64,000 nucleotides of DNA from the NCBI GenBank assembly GCA_963848295.1, contig CAWKDB010000010.1:2368001-2432000 (forward strand), in the 5' to 3' direction. Of this stretch, positions 18,151 through 28,432 are shown piece after piece (positions within the stretch are counted from its first letter, which is position 1; every line of letters starts with the position of its first letter). The notes beneath the pieces are model-generated. The model was not told where the DNA came from. It did not search any database and worked only from the letters and a program-made list of their open reading frames with translations. The translations under genes were made by a program, and so were the position numbers. The DNA is from an uncultured delta proteobacterium (lineage in GTDB: Bacteria > Myxococcota_A > Polyangia > Haliangiales > Haliangiaceae).

Positions 18151-21090
18151 ATGTCGACCCGCTCTCTAGGTCTTGGTCTCGCGCTGCTGTTCGCGTGTGG
18201 CAGCTCGAAGCCGCAAGTCACGGTCCCAGCTCCTGTTCCGACGGCTCCAGATGTCGCCGTCGCGCCCCCTCGGGCGCCGGTCAACCCGGACGCCGCGCCG
18301 ATTCCGCTGTGGCCCGAGGTCAAGAAGGGGACGCTCCCGAACGGCCTCACGTACTACATCTTCAAGCACGGCAAGCCCGAGAAGCGCGCCCTGCTCTGGC
18401 TCGCGGTCGATGCGGGCTCGGTGCAAGAGGACAACGATCAGCGCGGCCTGGCGCACTTCGACGAGCACATGGCGTTCAACGGCACGAAGCGCTATCCGAA
18501 GAACGCGCTGATCTCGTACCTCGAGAAGATCGGCATGCGGTTCGGCGCCGATCTCAACGCGTACACGACGTGGGATCAGACGGTGTATCAGCTCGAGGTG
18601 CCGACCGACGATCCGCAGTACATCGCGGGTGGCCTCGACATCCTGCGCGACTGGGCCGGCGACGTCACGTACGACCCGAGCGAGGTCGGCGTGGCAGGCA
18701 AAGGCGACAAGGAGCGCGGCGTCGTGCTCGAAGAATGGCGGCTCGGTCGCGGCGCGAGCAAGCGGTTGTTCGACAAGCAAGCGAAGGTGCTGTTCGCCGG
18801 CTCGCGCTACGCCGATCGCATCACGATCGGCGATCCCGATATCATCAAGAACGCGCCGCGCGACACGCTCTATCGATTCTACAAGGACTGGTATCGGCCC
18901 GACCTGATGGCGGTGATCGCGGTCGGCGATTTCGATCCGGCGGAGATGGAAAAGCAGATCATCGCGCGGTTCTCGGATCTGAAGGCGCCGGCGCACGAGC
19001 GCACGCGGCCGATCGGCGGCTTTCCCAAGGGGACCGGCACGCGGGTGTCGATCGAGACCGACAAAGAGGCCAACGCGACGTCGGTGACCGTGGCCAACCT
19101 CGTGCCGCATCGCGAGGTGGCGAGCAAGCTCGACTATCGCCGGTTGCTGGCGGAGCGGCTGTACTCGATGATCCTCGACGAGCGGTTGCACACGATCGCC
19201 CGCAAGCCCGACGCGCCGTTCATTCGGGCCTTCGGCAGCGTGTCGCCGATGGTGCGCGATGTCGACGCGTTCGAGCGCGTCGCCGAGGTCAAGACCGGCA
19301 AGGTCGAAGACTCGCTGCGCGCGCTGTTCACCGAGGTGTTGCGGATCGAACGCAACGGCATCACCGCGGGCGAGCTCGAACGGGCGCGCACGAACATGGC
19401 GCGTAGCTACGAAGAGCTGGCCGACACCGAAGCGACGCGCGACAGCCGGCAATTCACCGACGAGATCACGCGCAACTTCTTCGTCCACGAGTTCATGGTC
19501 GGCAGCGCGGTCGAGCGCCAGATGGCCCTCGCGGTGATACCGACGATCACGGTCGACGACCTCGACGCCGTCGTCAAGACGTTCAGCGGCGCCGACAATC
19601 GCGTCGTGTTGATCTCCGGCCCGGACGGCCAGACGCTGCCGACGAAGGACCAAGTGCTCGCGATCATCAGCGACGTGTCGAAGGCGCAGATCCCGCAGTG
19701 GGAAGACAAACCGATCCCGAAGTCGCTGCTCGCGACGCTGCCGACCCCGGGCAAGATCGTCAAAGAGAAGAAGGTCGACGCGATCGGCGTCACCGAGTGG
19801 ACGCTGTCGAACGGCGCGCGCGTGATCGTCAAGCCGACCGACTTCGAGCGCGACTCGGTCGCGATCGTCGGGTTCTCGGCGGGCGGCGAGGCGACGATCT
19901 CGGACAAGGACTACCCGAGCGACAAGTTCGCCGACGACATCGTCGAGGTCAGCGGGCTCGGCACGTTCGACGCCGAGACGCTCGGCAAGATCCTGACCGG
20001 CAAGGAAGTGTACGCGCAGACCTCGATCGACCCGACCACCGAGTCGGTGTTCGCCGGGGGCTCGGCGCGCGATCTCGAGACCGCGATGCAGCTGGTCTAT
20101 CTGCGGATGACCGCGCCGCGGTCCGACCCCGAGGAATTCGCGGTGTGGCAGCACAATACCGCCGAGCGGATCACGAACCAGTTGCGCTCGCCCGAGGCGC
20201 GCTACCGGCGCGAGTCGGCAGCGGCGCTGTACAAGAACAACCTGCGTCACGTGGCGGCGGAGCCGGGTGACCTCGCGAAGGTCGACGCCGCGAAGGCGCT
20301 CGGGTTTTACGCGAAACAATTCGGCGATGCATCGAGCTTCACGTTCGTGATCGTCGGGGCGGTCGAGCTCGACAAGCTCAAGCCACTGGTCGAGACCTAC
20401 CTCGCGAGCCTGCCGGCGAAAGCTCACAAGGCCAGAGAGATCGACCTCGGCATCCGCAAGGTCGGCGGCGTCGTGAAGAAAGAATGGAAGCTCGGCGAGG
20501 AGCCGAAAGCGTCGGTCAGCATCGACTTCCACGGCGACGAGTCGTGGACGCGCGACAAGGAGCGCGACATGTTCATCCTCGGCCAGGTGCTGTCGATGCG
20601 CCTGCGCGACGTGCTGCGCGAGGACCTGGGCGGCGTCTACGGCGTGCGCGCGAGCGGCTCGCTGACGCGATCGCCGCATCAAGAGCGCAGCTTCGTGATC
20701 CAATTCGGTTGCGATCCAGCGCGGGTCGACGAGCTGACGAAGGCCGCATACGCGCAGATCGCCGAGATCGCGGCGAACGGCACGACGAAGCTGACCAAGG
20801 ACGGCGAGCCGGTCGACTACCTCGAGAAGGTCAAGCAGACGTACTTGCGAGCGCGCGAGACCGAGATGCGCAAGAACAGCTTCTGGGTCGGCTGGCTGGC
20901 CAAGGCCTACAAGTATGGCGACGATCCGACGCTGATCCTCGATCCGACCAAGGTGGTCGCGCGGATGACATCGAACAACGTCAAGGCCGCGGCCAAGCGC
21001 TTCCTCGATCTCAAGCAGACGTACACCGCGGTGCTGCTGCCAGCGAAGGACGCGCCGGCGGCCCCGGCTCCTGCGCCCGCGAACAAGTAG
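18151..21090 (+). CDS. pqqL: M16 family zinc protease (PqqL-like), lipoprotein
   Basis: LFAC lipobox; LPNGLTYY; GLAHFDEHMAFNGT (HxxEH); FYKDWYRPD; second half LSNGARV..LREDLGGVY. Confidence 0.9.
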   Translation: MSTRSLGLGLALLFACGSSKPQVTVPAPVPTAPDVAVAPPRAPVNPDAAPIPLWPEVKKGTLPNGLTYYIFKHGKPEKRALLWLAVDAGSVQEDNDQRGLAHFDEHMAFNGTKRYPKNALISYLEKIGMRFGADLNAYTTWDQTVYQLEVPTDDPQYIAGGLDILRDWAGDVTYDPSEVGVAGKGDKERGVVLEEWRLGRGASKRLFDKQAKVLFAGSRYADRITIGDPDIIKNAPRDTLYRFYKDWYRPDLMAVIAVGDFDPAEMEKQIIARFSDLKAPAHERTRPIGGFPKGTGTRVSIETDKEANATSVTVANLVPHREVASKLDYRRLLAERLYSMILDERLHTIARKPDAPFIRAFGSVSPMVRDVDAFERVAEVKTGKVEDSLRALFTEVLRIERNGITAGELERARTNMARSYEELADTEATRDSRQFTDEITRNFFVHEFMVGSAVERQMALAVIPTITVDDLDAVVKTFSGADNRVVLISGPDGQTLPTKDQVLAIISDVSKAQIPQWEDKPIPKSLLATLPTPGKIVKEKKVDAIGVTEWTLSNGARVIVKPTDFERDSVAIVGFSAGGEATISDKDYPSDKFADDIVEVSGLGTFDAETLGKILTGKEVYAQTSIDPTTESVFAGGSARDLETAMQLVYLRMTAPRSDPEEFAVWQHNTAERITNQLRSPEARYRRESAAALYKNNLRHVAAEPGDLAKVDAAKALGFYAKQFGDASSFTFVIVGAVELDKLKPLVETYLASLPAKAHKAREIDLGIRKVGGVVKKEWKLGEEPKASVSIDFHGDESWTRDKERDMFILGQVLSMRLRDVLREDLGGVYGVRASGSLTRSPHQERSFVIQFGCDPARVDELTKAAYAQIAEIAANGTTKLTKDGEPVDYLEKVKQTYLRARETEMRKNSFWVGWLAKAYKYGDDPTLILDPTKVVARMTSNNVKAAAKRFLDLKQTYTAVLLPAKDAPAAPAPAPANK

Positions 21091-22059
21091 TTAGCCGCGG
21101 CAGCTGCCGACCGCGACGAGCGCACCGTCGCTGTCGTCGTGCCGGCCTGCTTCGTCGTAGCGCCACGTGCCTTCGACCGGCGAGTCGCACTCCGCGCCGA
21201 CGACCTGGATCAGCTGGTAGCCGGTGCCGCGCTCGCGATCGGGCACGATCACGGCGTGACCGAGCAAGCTCTTGGTCCACGGGATGTACGCGAGCCGGCC
21301 GCCGCACCGCACCGGCGCGAATGCGTAGTAGCGCAGCTCGCTCTCTTGCACGACGAACATGTCGCCGGGCTTGACGACACACAGCGGCGTTCGCTTCGCG
21401 AGCTCGCGCGCAACCCACGCGTGTTCAGCCACGAGCGTCTCGTGCGCCGCCGGGTCCTCGGAGTCGTTCATCGCGGCGGTCGCGCGGTCGACGTCGCGCT
21501 TGCTCCACGCAGGGACCGGGGCGCCGCGATCGACGACGGTGACGTGGCTCGGCGGATCGTGTGGGGTGCCCAGCTCGTCGTTCTCGGTCAGGCCGTGGAC
21601 CACGGCGTGATGTCGGGCGATCACCGGCGCGGTCGCAGCCGCCGCGGTCGCCGCTGCCCGATCGCCGAAGTTGCCGATCACGACTGCGATGCCGCGCGGC
21701 GTGATGCCGAGGTCGTCGGTGTGGACGACGTACGGCAAGCCGAACGCGAGCTTGCCGTCGAGTGCCGCAACGATCGCGCGGGCCTCGCGCGCATCGGACA
21801 CGACGTACGCGACGACCGCATCCGGCCGATCGCAGTCGTAGCAAGTCACGTAGGGCTCCCAATACAGCCCGGCGGTCGCCTCGGGGCGAAGCGGCGGCGG
21901 CTCGGCCTGCTTGGCCGCTGCGGGCGGCGCGGCTGCGGGCGGCGGCGCGACGGCGGGCGGCGCCGGCGCGATCGCGATCGGCGCGACCGCGGTCACCGGC
22001 ATCGGTGGCGGCGCGCTGCCGCACGCAGCCGCCAAGGTCACGATGACGAAGCGATGCAT
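21091..22059 (-). CDS. Hypothetical lipoprotein
   Basis: LAAAC lipobox, Pro/Ala linker, several Cys (CYDC). Confidence 0.6.
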   Translation of the reverse strand: MHRFVIVTLAAACGSAPPPMPVTAVAPIAIAPAPPAVAPPPAAAPPAAAKQAEPPPLRPEATAGLYWEPYVTCYDCDRPDAVVAYVVSDAREARAIVAALDGKLAFGLPYVVHTDDLGITPRGIAVVIGNFGDRAAATAAAATAPVIARHHAVVHGLTENDELGTPHDPPSHVTVVDRGAPVPAWSKRDVDRATAAMNDSEDPAAHETLVAEHAWVARELAKRTPLCVVKPGDMFVVQESELRYYAFAPVRCGGRLAYIPWTKSLLGHAVIVPDRERGTGYQLIQVVGAECDSPVEGTWRYDEAGRHDDSDGALVAVGSCRG

Positions 22060-22100
22060 CTACCTTTCGGACGCGGCATGCCCACCGAGAGTCGCACGGC

Positions 22101-22712
22101 TCACGGCTTCGCGTAACTCGCGCGCAACGCCACGATCGCGTCGTTCGTCACCGCGCACTCGTCGGCGAGCCGGCACACCAGCTCGAGGTCGAGGGCCGGC
22201 ACGAGCTCGCTGCGTGCGCATAGCTCGTACCCGAGAGCTCCGAGCACGTAGACCGAGATCTCGTTGTAGCGCCACCGCCAGACCTCGCGGACTCCGAGTC
22301 GCCGATAGATCTCGAGCTTGTCGATCCCGCCGCTGGTCCACTCGACCTCGATCGCGAGACTCGGCCGGTCGGTCGTCTGATCGCGTCCGACGATGTAGCA
22401 CTCGTCCGATTCGGCTGCGGCCTGTTGCTCCTGATCCTTGAGTGTCCACTTGCCGTAGCCGGCGAACACGATGCCGTGATCGTACGCAAACGCTTCGAAC
22501 ATGCGGCTGATGAAATGGCTGAAGTGCTCGTGATCGCGCGACGTCGTCATCAGCTGCACCACTCCGTCGAGGTAGTGCATGCGCGGGATGGTCTTGGAGC
22601 GGAGCTCCAGGAGCTTCTCGTAGCCGTTCCAGTCGACACGCATCGTCACGATGCGGTCCGCGTGCGGCACGTACTCGCCGCGCGGCACGGGGGCATCGGT
22701 CGAGACGTTCAC
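22101..22712 (-). CDS. Uma2 family (PD-(D/E)xK-like) putative endonuclease
   Basis: WNGYEKLL..RMHYLDGVVQLM..HE..ESDECY..PSLAIEVE.TS..DKLEIYRRLGVREVW. GTG 22712 preferred because of TAGCAT-N7; ATG 22721 is the alternative. Confidence 0.9.
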   Translation of the reverse strand: MNVSTDAPVPRGEYVPHADRIVTMRVDWNGYEKLLELRSKTIPRMHYLDGVVQLMTTSRDHEHFSHFISRMFEAFAYDHGIVFAGYGKWTLKDQEQQAAAESDECYIVGRDQTTDRPSLAIEVEWTSGGIDKLEIYRRLGVREVWRWRYNEISVYVLGALGYELCARSELVPALDLELVCRLADECAVTNDAIVALRASYAKP

Positions 22713-22818
22713 TCCCTGCATGCTACCAGACGCAGCTGCAGCGAACGTGCCGTTTCAACTGCGCGAGATCGCAAACGCTCGTGTCCGCTTTGTCCAGCGC
22801 TGTCCGAAGCTCGGACGC

Positions 22819-23607
22819 TCAGCCGTCGATCAGGATCGTGGCGTCGAGCCGCGCGGCGAGCGCGAGCGAGCGCAAGAACGCCGCGAGCTGCTCGATATCG
22901 GCGTCGGGCTCGCTCGGCACGCTCGCCGCGGCGAGCACGCGGGACTTGCCCGGCTCGTCCTTGAGATCGATGAGGCTCGTGTCGTGCGGGATGACGCCGC
23001 AGAACAGCGCGAGCATCAAGCAATGAGTCGGCGCGAGGTTGCCGACCATGAACATCATCTGGAACAGCTGGTCGCTCGAGATCTCGATCACGCCGTCATC
23101 GCCCTGCCAGCGCACCCCGTACGGCGCGCGGCTCTCGAAGTACGTCGTGCCCGCCGCGCGCAGCTTCGCGGTCGGCACGCCGTCCCAGCCGAATTCCCCG
23201 AGGCCGCGGACGAGCAGCGCGCCCGCCGTGCAGCCCAGCGTGTCGGGCAGGCGGCCCATCAGCCAGGCCTCGACCCGCTCCGGAATCGGATAGCGGATCC
23301 GCCGGTGACACGCGAACTCGCGCGGCAGCTCGGCGGGGCACTGCGCACAACCCGAGGCGACCGCATCGAGCGGCGCCGATTCGTTCATCAGGTCTTGTAG
23401 CGTCACGCCCCGCGCGCTGTCGCCGTCGGGCTTGCGCACGGTGAGCTGGATTTCGATCTCGCCCGGCTCGCGCAGATCACCGTCCTCGCGCATGTGAGCG
23501 AGCATCGAGCGCGCGACGATGCGCGTCCGGTTGAGGGCGACCAGGCGATCGATGCCTAGCTCGCGCTGGGGCTCGCACTTCATGCCCAGGACGTAGTCGA
23601 TCGCCAT
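22819..23607 (-). CDS. Conserved-looking hypothetical protein with Cys motifs
   Basis: Globular composition; C..CAQCPA..FACHRRIRYPI; AGAGGA-like RBS before ATG 23607. Confidence 0.65.
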   Translation of the reverse strand: MAIDYVLGMKCEPQRELGIDRLVALNRTRIVARSMLAHMREDGDLREPGEIEIQLTVRKPDGDSARGVTLQDLMNESAPLDAVASGCAQCPAELPREFACHRRIRYPIPERVEAWLMGRLPDTLGCTAGALLVRGLGEFGWDGVPTAKLRAAGTTYFESRAPYGVRWQGDDGVIEISSDQLFQMMFMVGNLAPTHCLMLALFCGVIPHDTSLIDLKDEPGKSRVLAAASVPSEPDADIEQLAAFLRSLALAARLDATILIDG

Positions 23608-23686
23608 CGAACGTCCTCTTAGCAGACAGCTGTGACACTGCCTCACCCTTGTTTCCGCCGGCGATCGTCGGTAGAACCACGACTGC

Positions 23687-23760
<74 letters not shown>

Positions 23761-23771
23761 CGAGTTCGCGG

Positions 23772-24480
23772 ATGCCGAAGACGCTAGCGGAGATCGCGAT
23801 CGAGGCCAGCCTCGTCACGAAGGCCAACGCCGCGAAGGCCGGCCGGATGGCGGAAGCGCGCAAGCTGCCGCTCGTCGTCGTGCTGATCCGCGAGCTCGGC
23901 GTCGACGAGGTCGCTTTGATCGGCGCGCTGCGCAAGCAGACCCGCGTCCAGCTGCTCGATCCGGCCGAGGTCCAGATCGATCCCGATGCGCTCCGGCTCG
24001 TCGCAAAGCGACACCTGCGCTCGATTGCGCGTGCTGCCGATCTCGCTCTCGACCGACGGCGCGACCCGGACGCTGCGGCTCGCGATGGCCGATCCGACCG
24101 ACGAGTCCGCCGTCGCCGAGATCGAGGCGCTCGCGCGCTGCGAGATCGAGGTGTGTGCGCTGCCGCTGTCCGCGATCGACGAGCTCGTCGACAAGGGCTA
24201 TCGCCAGATCTCGACCGTCGTCGTCAATCGCTCCCGCCCGTTCGGCGACAACCTGTTCGTGACCGCCCGCACCCGGACGCCGACCCGGCCCGGCTCGAAC
24301 AACGAAGAGTCCGAGGTCTCGGTCACCGCGCAGATCCCGATGTCGATGCTGCAGCCGCCGGCCGGGGCGACCGACCTGGAGGCTCGGTTCGCAGCGTTGT
24401 GTCGCTTACTTGTTACCAAGGGACTGGTCTCGGAGGCCGAGCTGGTCGAAGCAATAGCGAAGGCGAAACCCGAGGCGTGA
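23772..24480 (+). CDS. GspE/PilB N-terminal (T2SSE_N/MshEN-like) domain protein, frameshifted at ~24005
   Basis: Frame 1 KTLAEIAIEASLV..IDPDALRLV joins frame 2 DTCARLRVLPI..LRLAMADPTD; the junction is at an AAA run. Confidence 0.75.
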
Positions 24481-24540
24481 TCCGGGTTTGCCGGTCGCGG
24501 CGCAGCTTTTCGTAATGCGCCTTTTCAAGGTTCGTGCGCT

Positions 24541-26967
24541 ATGCTCGACGGGTCGTCCGTTAAGCGACCTATGCCGCCACATGACATGAGCTCGGCTTCT
24601 TCGATCATCTGCACCGGTTGTCAGCACAGCTACGTCCACTCGGCGTTGTTCTGTCCGAATTGCGGCCGCCCCAAGGTTCGCGAGACGGCTGGCGACGCAC
24701 TGGTCGGCAAGTTGCTCGGCGAGCGGTTTCAGGTCCAGGAGCTGATCGGCCAGGGCGCATCCGGCACGATCTATCGCGCGGAGCACATCACGTTGCGCCG
24801 GCGCGTCGCGATCAAGGTGTTGCACACCGAGCTGTCGCGCGACGATCTCGCGGTCGAGCGGTTCCGCCGCGAGGCGACGACGGTCGCCGAGATCGACAAC
24901 GAGCACATCGTCGAGATCCACGACTTCGGTCGCACGAACGACGGCCGGCTCTATCTCGCGATGGAGCTGCTCGAAGGCGAGACGCTCGACGGCGTGCTCG
25001 CGCGCGAGCACCAACTGTCGGTCGAGCGCACCGCCGACATCTTGATCCAGGTCGGCGAGGCGCTGATGGAGGCGCACGCGATCGGCTACGTCCACCGGGA
25101 TCTGCGTCCGCGCAACATCTACCTCGCGGTCCGGCGCGGCAAAGCGAACTTCGTCAAGCTGCTCGACTTCGGCCTGTCGAAGCTCGTCGAGAGCGATTCA
25201 CAAGCCGCGTCGACCAGCCTCGGCATGACGTTCGGCGATCCGCGCTACATGTCGCCCGAGCAAGCGCGCGGCGATCGCATCGACCGGCGCGCCGATATCT
25301 ATCAGCTCGGCTGCATCGCGTACGAGATGCTCACCGGCTCGCCGCCATTCACCGGCAGCCGCGTGTTCGACATCCTGACCAAGCAGGTCACCGAGGTCCC
25401 CGCGCCGTTGCCGACCAAGCGCCCGGGCGTGCCGCTGTGGATGGAAGCCGCCGCCGCGAAGATGCTCGCGAAGGATCCGGAGAACCGGTTCGCGACGACG
25501 ACTCGCATGGTCGAGGCGCTGCGCCGCGGGCTCGAGACCGGCGAGGTGATGGAGGACGATATCGCTCGCCGGCGCGAGAGCATTCCGCCGCCATCGGTGT
25601 CGCGCGTGATGCAGCGGTTCGGCGTCTCGCAGGATCAGCCGATCCCGTCGAGCCCGGTGCCATCGCCGAACGCGCCGCCGCTGCCGGATGCCACTCCTGC
25701 GCCGACCCCCGCGCCTGCTGCCGCCGCCCCCGCGCCGAAACCGCAAGCGGTGGTCGTCGAGGAGGCCGAACCACGCAAGCGCACTGGCACCCCGCGCGTC
25801 GGCGTGCCGGTCGCTGCGGAGCCCGCGCCCGAAGTCGTGCAAGCGCCGGTCACGGGCTCGATCGAAGCGCCGGCCGGGCGGAGCAAGCGCTCGAGCTCGC
25901 ACGGCGATCCGATGGGCATCTCGCAGGTCTGGTACGAGGACGGGGATCGCGCGTCAGACGAAGCCGACGGCGGGACCAAGCCGGCGCGCGCGCGCAAGCC
26001 GACGTCCCCGAGCACCACCGATCTCAACTTCTACGAGGATGAACCGCGGCGCCGAGGTCACGGGCTGTTGCTCGTCGTCCTCGGCGCGTTCGCGCTCGGC
26101 GGCGTGATTGCATTCGCGGTGACCCGCGGCGGTGACAACCCGCCGAAGCAAGTGGCGGCGGCCGCGGCAACCGAGACCCCTGCGGTGATGGTCGACGCCG
26201 CTCCCAGCACGATCATCGGCGAGGCCGACGCCGCCGTCGTCGCCGAGGTGACTCCGCCGCCGGTCGCGAACCCGCCGCCGGTCGCGAACCCGCCGCCGGT
26301 CGCGAACCCGCCGCCGATCAAGGTGACCACCCCGGCGGTTGCGAATCCGCCGAAGGTCAAGACGCCCACGACGCACCAAGACCATCCGGCGAAGACCCCG
26401 AAGGACGTCGACCTCGGCAAGTATCTACCGCCGCTCACCGTGAATCCGCCGCCGCTGGTCACGCACACCGCCGTGACGGCACCGACCGTCGCGCCGCCCG
26501 CGCCGAAGCATCCGAGCGTGACCGGTGGCCCTGAAGATCCGTACGGCGCCGCGTCCGGCGGCGATCCCGGCGACGGCGCGTCCCCGGACAAGAAAGCCGA
26601 GTTCTACGCGAGCCTCGGCGCGCAACAGCTCGCCTCGCACGACATCGCGAACGCGGCCGCGAACTTCTTGAAGGCGTCCGAGCTCGACGGCAAGAACGCC
26701 GCCGCGTTCACCGGCATGGGCGAGATCGCTCTGAGCCAAGGCTTGTTCGGCGACGCCGTCACCCACCTGCGCAAAGCCGCTCGGCTCGCGCCGAAGAGCT
26801 CGCACATCTTCACGCTACTCGGCGAGGCGTACCTGAACAGCGGACAGAACGCGATCGCGGCCGAGAACTTCAAGAAGGCGCTGCAGCTCGATCCCGACAA
26901 CGCGCAAGCCCGCGACGGCTACAACGAGGCGTCGAGCCGCGTGCCGCCGCCCTCCGACGACAACTGA
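24541..26967 (+). CDS. Hanks-type protein kinase: zinc ribbon, kinase, TM, Pro-rich linker, TPR
   Basis: CTGC..CPNCG; GQGASG, VAIK, HRDLRPRN, DFG, YMSPEQ, DIYQLG; hydrophobic TM; C-terminal TPRs. The true start may be ATG 24571. Confidence 0.93.
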   Translation: MLDGSSVKRPMPPHDMSSASSIICTGCQHSYVHSALFCPNCGRPKVRETAGDALVGKLLGERFQVQELIGQGASGTIYRAEHITLRRRVAIKVLHTELSRDDLAVERFRREATTVAEIDNEHIVEIHDFGRTNDGRLYLAMELLEGETLDGVLAREHQLSVERTADILIQVGEALMEAHAIGYVHRDLRPRNIYLAVRRGKANFVKLLDFGLSKLVESDSQAASTSLGMTFGDPRYMSPEQARGDRIDRRADIYQLGCIAYEMLTGSPPFTGSRVFDILTKQVTEVPAPLPTKRPGVPLWMEAAAAKMLAKDPENRFATTTRMVEALRRGLETGEVMEDDIARRRESIPPPSVSRVMQRFGVSQDQPIPSSPVPSPNAPPLPDATPAPTPAPAAAAPAPKPQAVVVEEAEPRKRTGTPRVGVPVAAEPAPEVVQAPVTGSIEAPAGRSKRSSSHGDPMGISQVWYEDGDRASDEADGGTKPARARKPTSPSTTDLNFYEDEPRRRGHGLLLVVLGAFALGGVIAFAVTRGGDNPPKQVAAAAATETPAVMVDAAPSTIIGEADAAVVAEVTPPPVANPPPVANPPPVANPPPIKVTTPAVANPPKVKTPTTHQDHPAKTPKDVDLGKYLPPLTVNPPPLVTHTAVTAPTVAPPAPKHPSVTGGPEDPYGAASGGDPGDGASPDKKAEFYASLGAQQLASHDIANAAANFLKASELDGKNAAAFTGMGEIALSQGLFGDAVTHLRKAARLAPKSSHIFTLLGEAYLNSGQNAIAAENFKKALQLDPDNAQARDGYNEASSRVPPPSDDN
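26257..26316 (+). repeat. 18-bp tandem repeat encoding (PPVANP)x3
   Basis: ccgccggtcgcgaacccg repeated three times. Confidence 0.85.
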
Positions 26968-27234
26968 GCCGGCGAACCCGATTCGCCCGAATTTGAAGCT
27001 CAGCGCTTCTTGCCGCCCTTGGTTCGGCGCTCGGAGACTTCTTTGGTCGGGGCGATCCACGAGCTCGGCGTGCCGTGATTGGCGACACCGAGACGGAGGC
27101 GGCGGGTCGACGACGAGAGCGACAGCTTCGGAACTGCTTTCCCGAGGTGCATGATTCAGCCTAGGGGCGCCCGATCCGCGCGGGCAACTTCCTGAGCGCC
27201 GGGGAGATCTCTCCCGCGCTAGAGCTGTGAGAGG

Positions 27235-28386
27235 ATGGGGATCGTGGCGGCTGCGTTTCACGTGTACGTCGAGGGGGCGAGCGCACCGTCGCCGGGCGCG
27301 CTGCGCAAGCTGGCCGAGGCGATGGCGACGCGCTATGGGGTGCCGGCGGCCGATCTCGAGGCGCGGCTGTCGCGCGGCCGGTTCCGGGTCAAAGCGAACG
27401 TCGACCGCGCGACCGCCGACGAGCTGCTCCACGACCTCGAAGCGATCGGCGCGCGCGCCACGATCGAGGATGCGAGCGCCCCGACCCGGCCGAGTGGCCC
27501 GCTCGCGAGTCAACCGCCCCGGCCGACGACGCCACCGCCGACCACTCCGCGTCAGACGCTGCCACCCGCGACTCGCGGGGGACCGACCACACCGCCGGCC
27601 GGCACGCCGTATCAGAGTGGCCTATCGGCCGCGTTTTCGAGCGAGCCATCCGCCGCGGCGAGCCTCGGCGCGCTCGAACAGAACAGCGGCTCGTTCTCGC
27701 TCGCGTCGCTCGACGGCGTCGACTCGCCGGGCGGCTCCGCTGCGCCGAGCGAGGAAGTGCTCGCCGCGAGCTTCGGGCCGGCGCCGGCCCCCGCACCGCG
27801 GCCGGCCAAGCCGAGCGTGCGCCCGAAGGATGTCCCGGTCGACCTGTTCGCGCCGCCCGATGCCGAAGACGCGGTGATGAAGATGGAGCTGGCCGACGAC
27901 GAGCTCGCGCATCAAGCGCGCAAGAAGTCGACGATCCCGCCGCAGACCGAGCCGATCGCGCCGGCCGCGACGACGGGCACGCCGGCGATGCGCCGTTCGA
28001 ACCCGTCGATCCAACCGCCAACCCAGGCGATCGCACCGCGGGTGTCGTCCCGGCTCGGGCCGCTCGCCGATCCGCGTGCGCGGTTCGCCGCCGGCATCCT
28101 GCTGTCGATCCTCATCGGCTTCGTGCCGGCGCACCTCGTCGGTCGCTGGCGCGAGCACTCGGCGTATGGCGAGGTCGATCGCAAGGTGATCGCGGCGCAA
28201 GACCAGGCGGTAACGATCGAAGCGTGGCAAGCGCTCGATCAGCTGCGGGGCAGCGAGCTCGTCCGCAAGCAGAGCGATCAGCGCCAGATCGCGATCACCG
28301 CCCTACTCGTGTGGGCGTTGTTCGGCGGCGCGATCGGTTACGTGTGGTTCCGGCGCATCCGCTGGGACGAGCTCGAGGACGCGTAA
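27235..28386 (+). CDS. Hypothetical membrane protein with Pro-rich linker and two C-terminal TMs
   Basis: N-terminal small alpha/beta domain, low-complexity middle, two hydrophobic segments. Confidence 0.7.
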   Translation: MGIVAAAFHVYVEGASAPSPGALRKLAEAMATRYGVPAADLEARLSRGRFRVKANVDRATADELLHDLEAIGARATIEDASAPTRPSGPLASQPPRPTTPPPTTPRQTLPPATRGGPTTPPAGTPYQSGLSAAFSSEPSAAASLGALEQNSGSFSLASLDGVDSPGGSAAPSEEVLAASFGPAPAPAPRPAKPSVRPKDVPVDLFAPPDAEDAVMKMELADDELAHQARKKSTIPPQTEPIAPAATTGTPAMRRSNPSIQPPTQAIAPRVSSRLGPLADPRARFAAGILLSILIGFVPAHLVGRWREHSAYGEVDRKVIAAQDQAVTIEAWQALDQLRGSELVRKQSDQRQIAITALLVWALFGGAIGYVWFRRIRWDELEDA

Positions 28387-28432
28387 CTTACTGGTAACGC
28401 CGGAACGCCCGGTGCGGGGCTAGGGTCCCGCC

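Noticed and set aside
22101..22712. Uma2 nuclease as a defence or restriction system
   Set aside because: Solitary member of a commonly expanded family; no methylase or partner gene adjacent.
24001..24012. Programmed frameshifting here and at ~30500
   Set aside because: No clear slippery heptamer with a stimulatory structure; these families are not known for recoding; sequencing indels are simpler.
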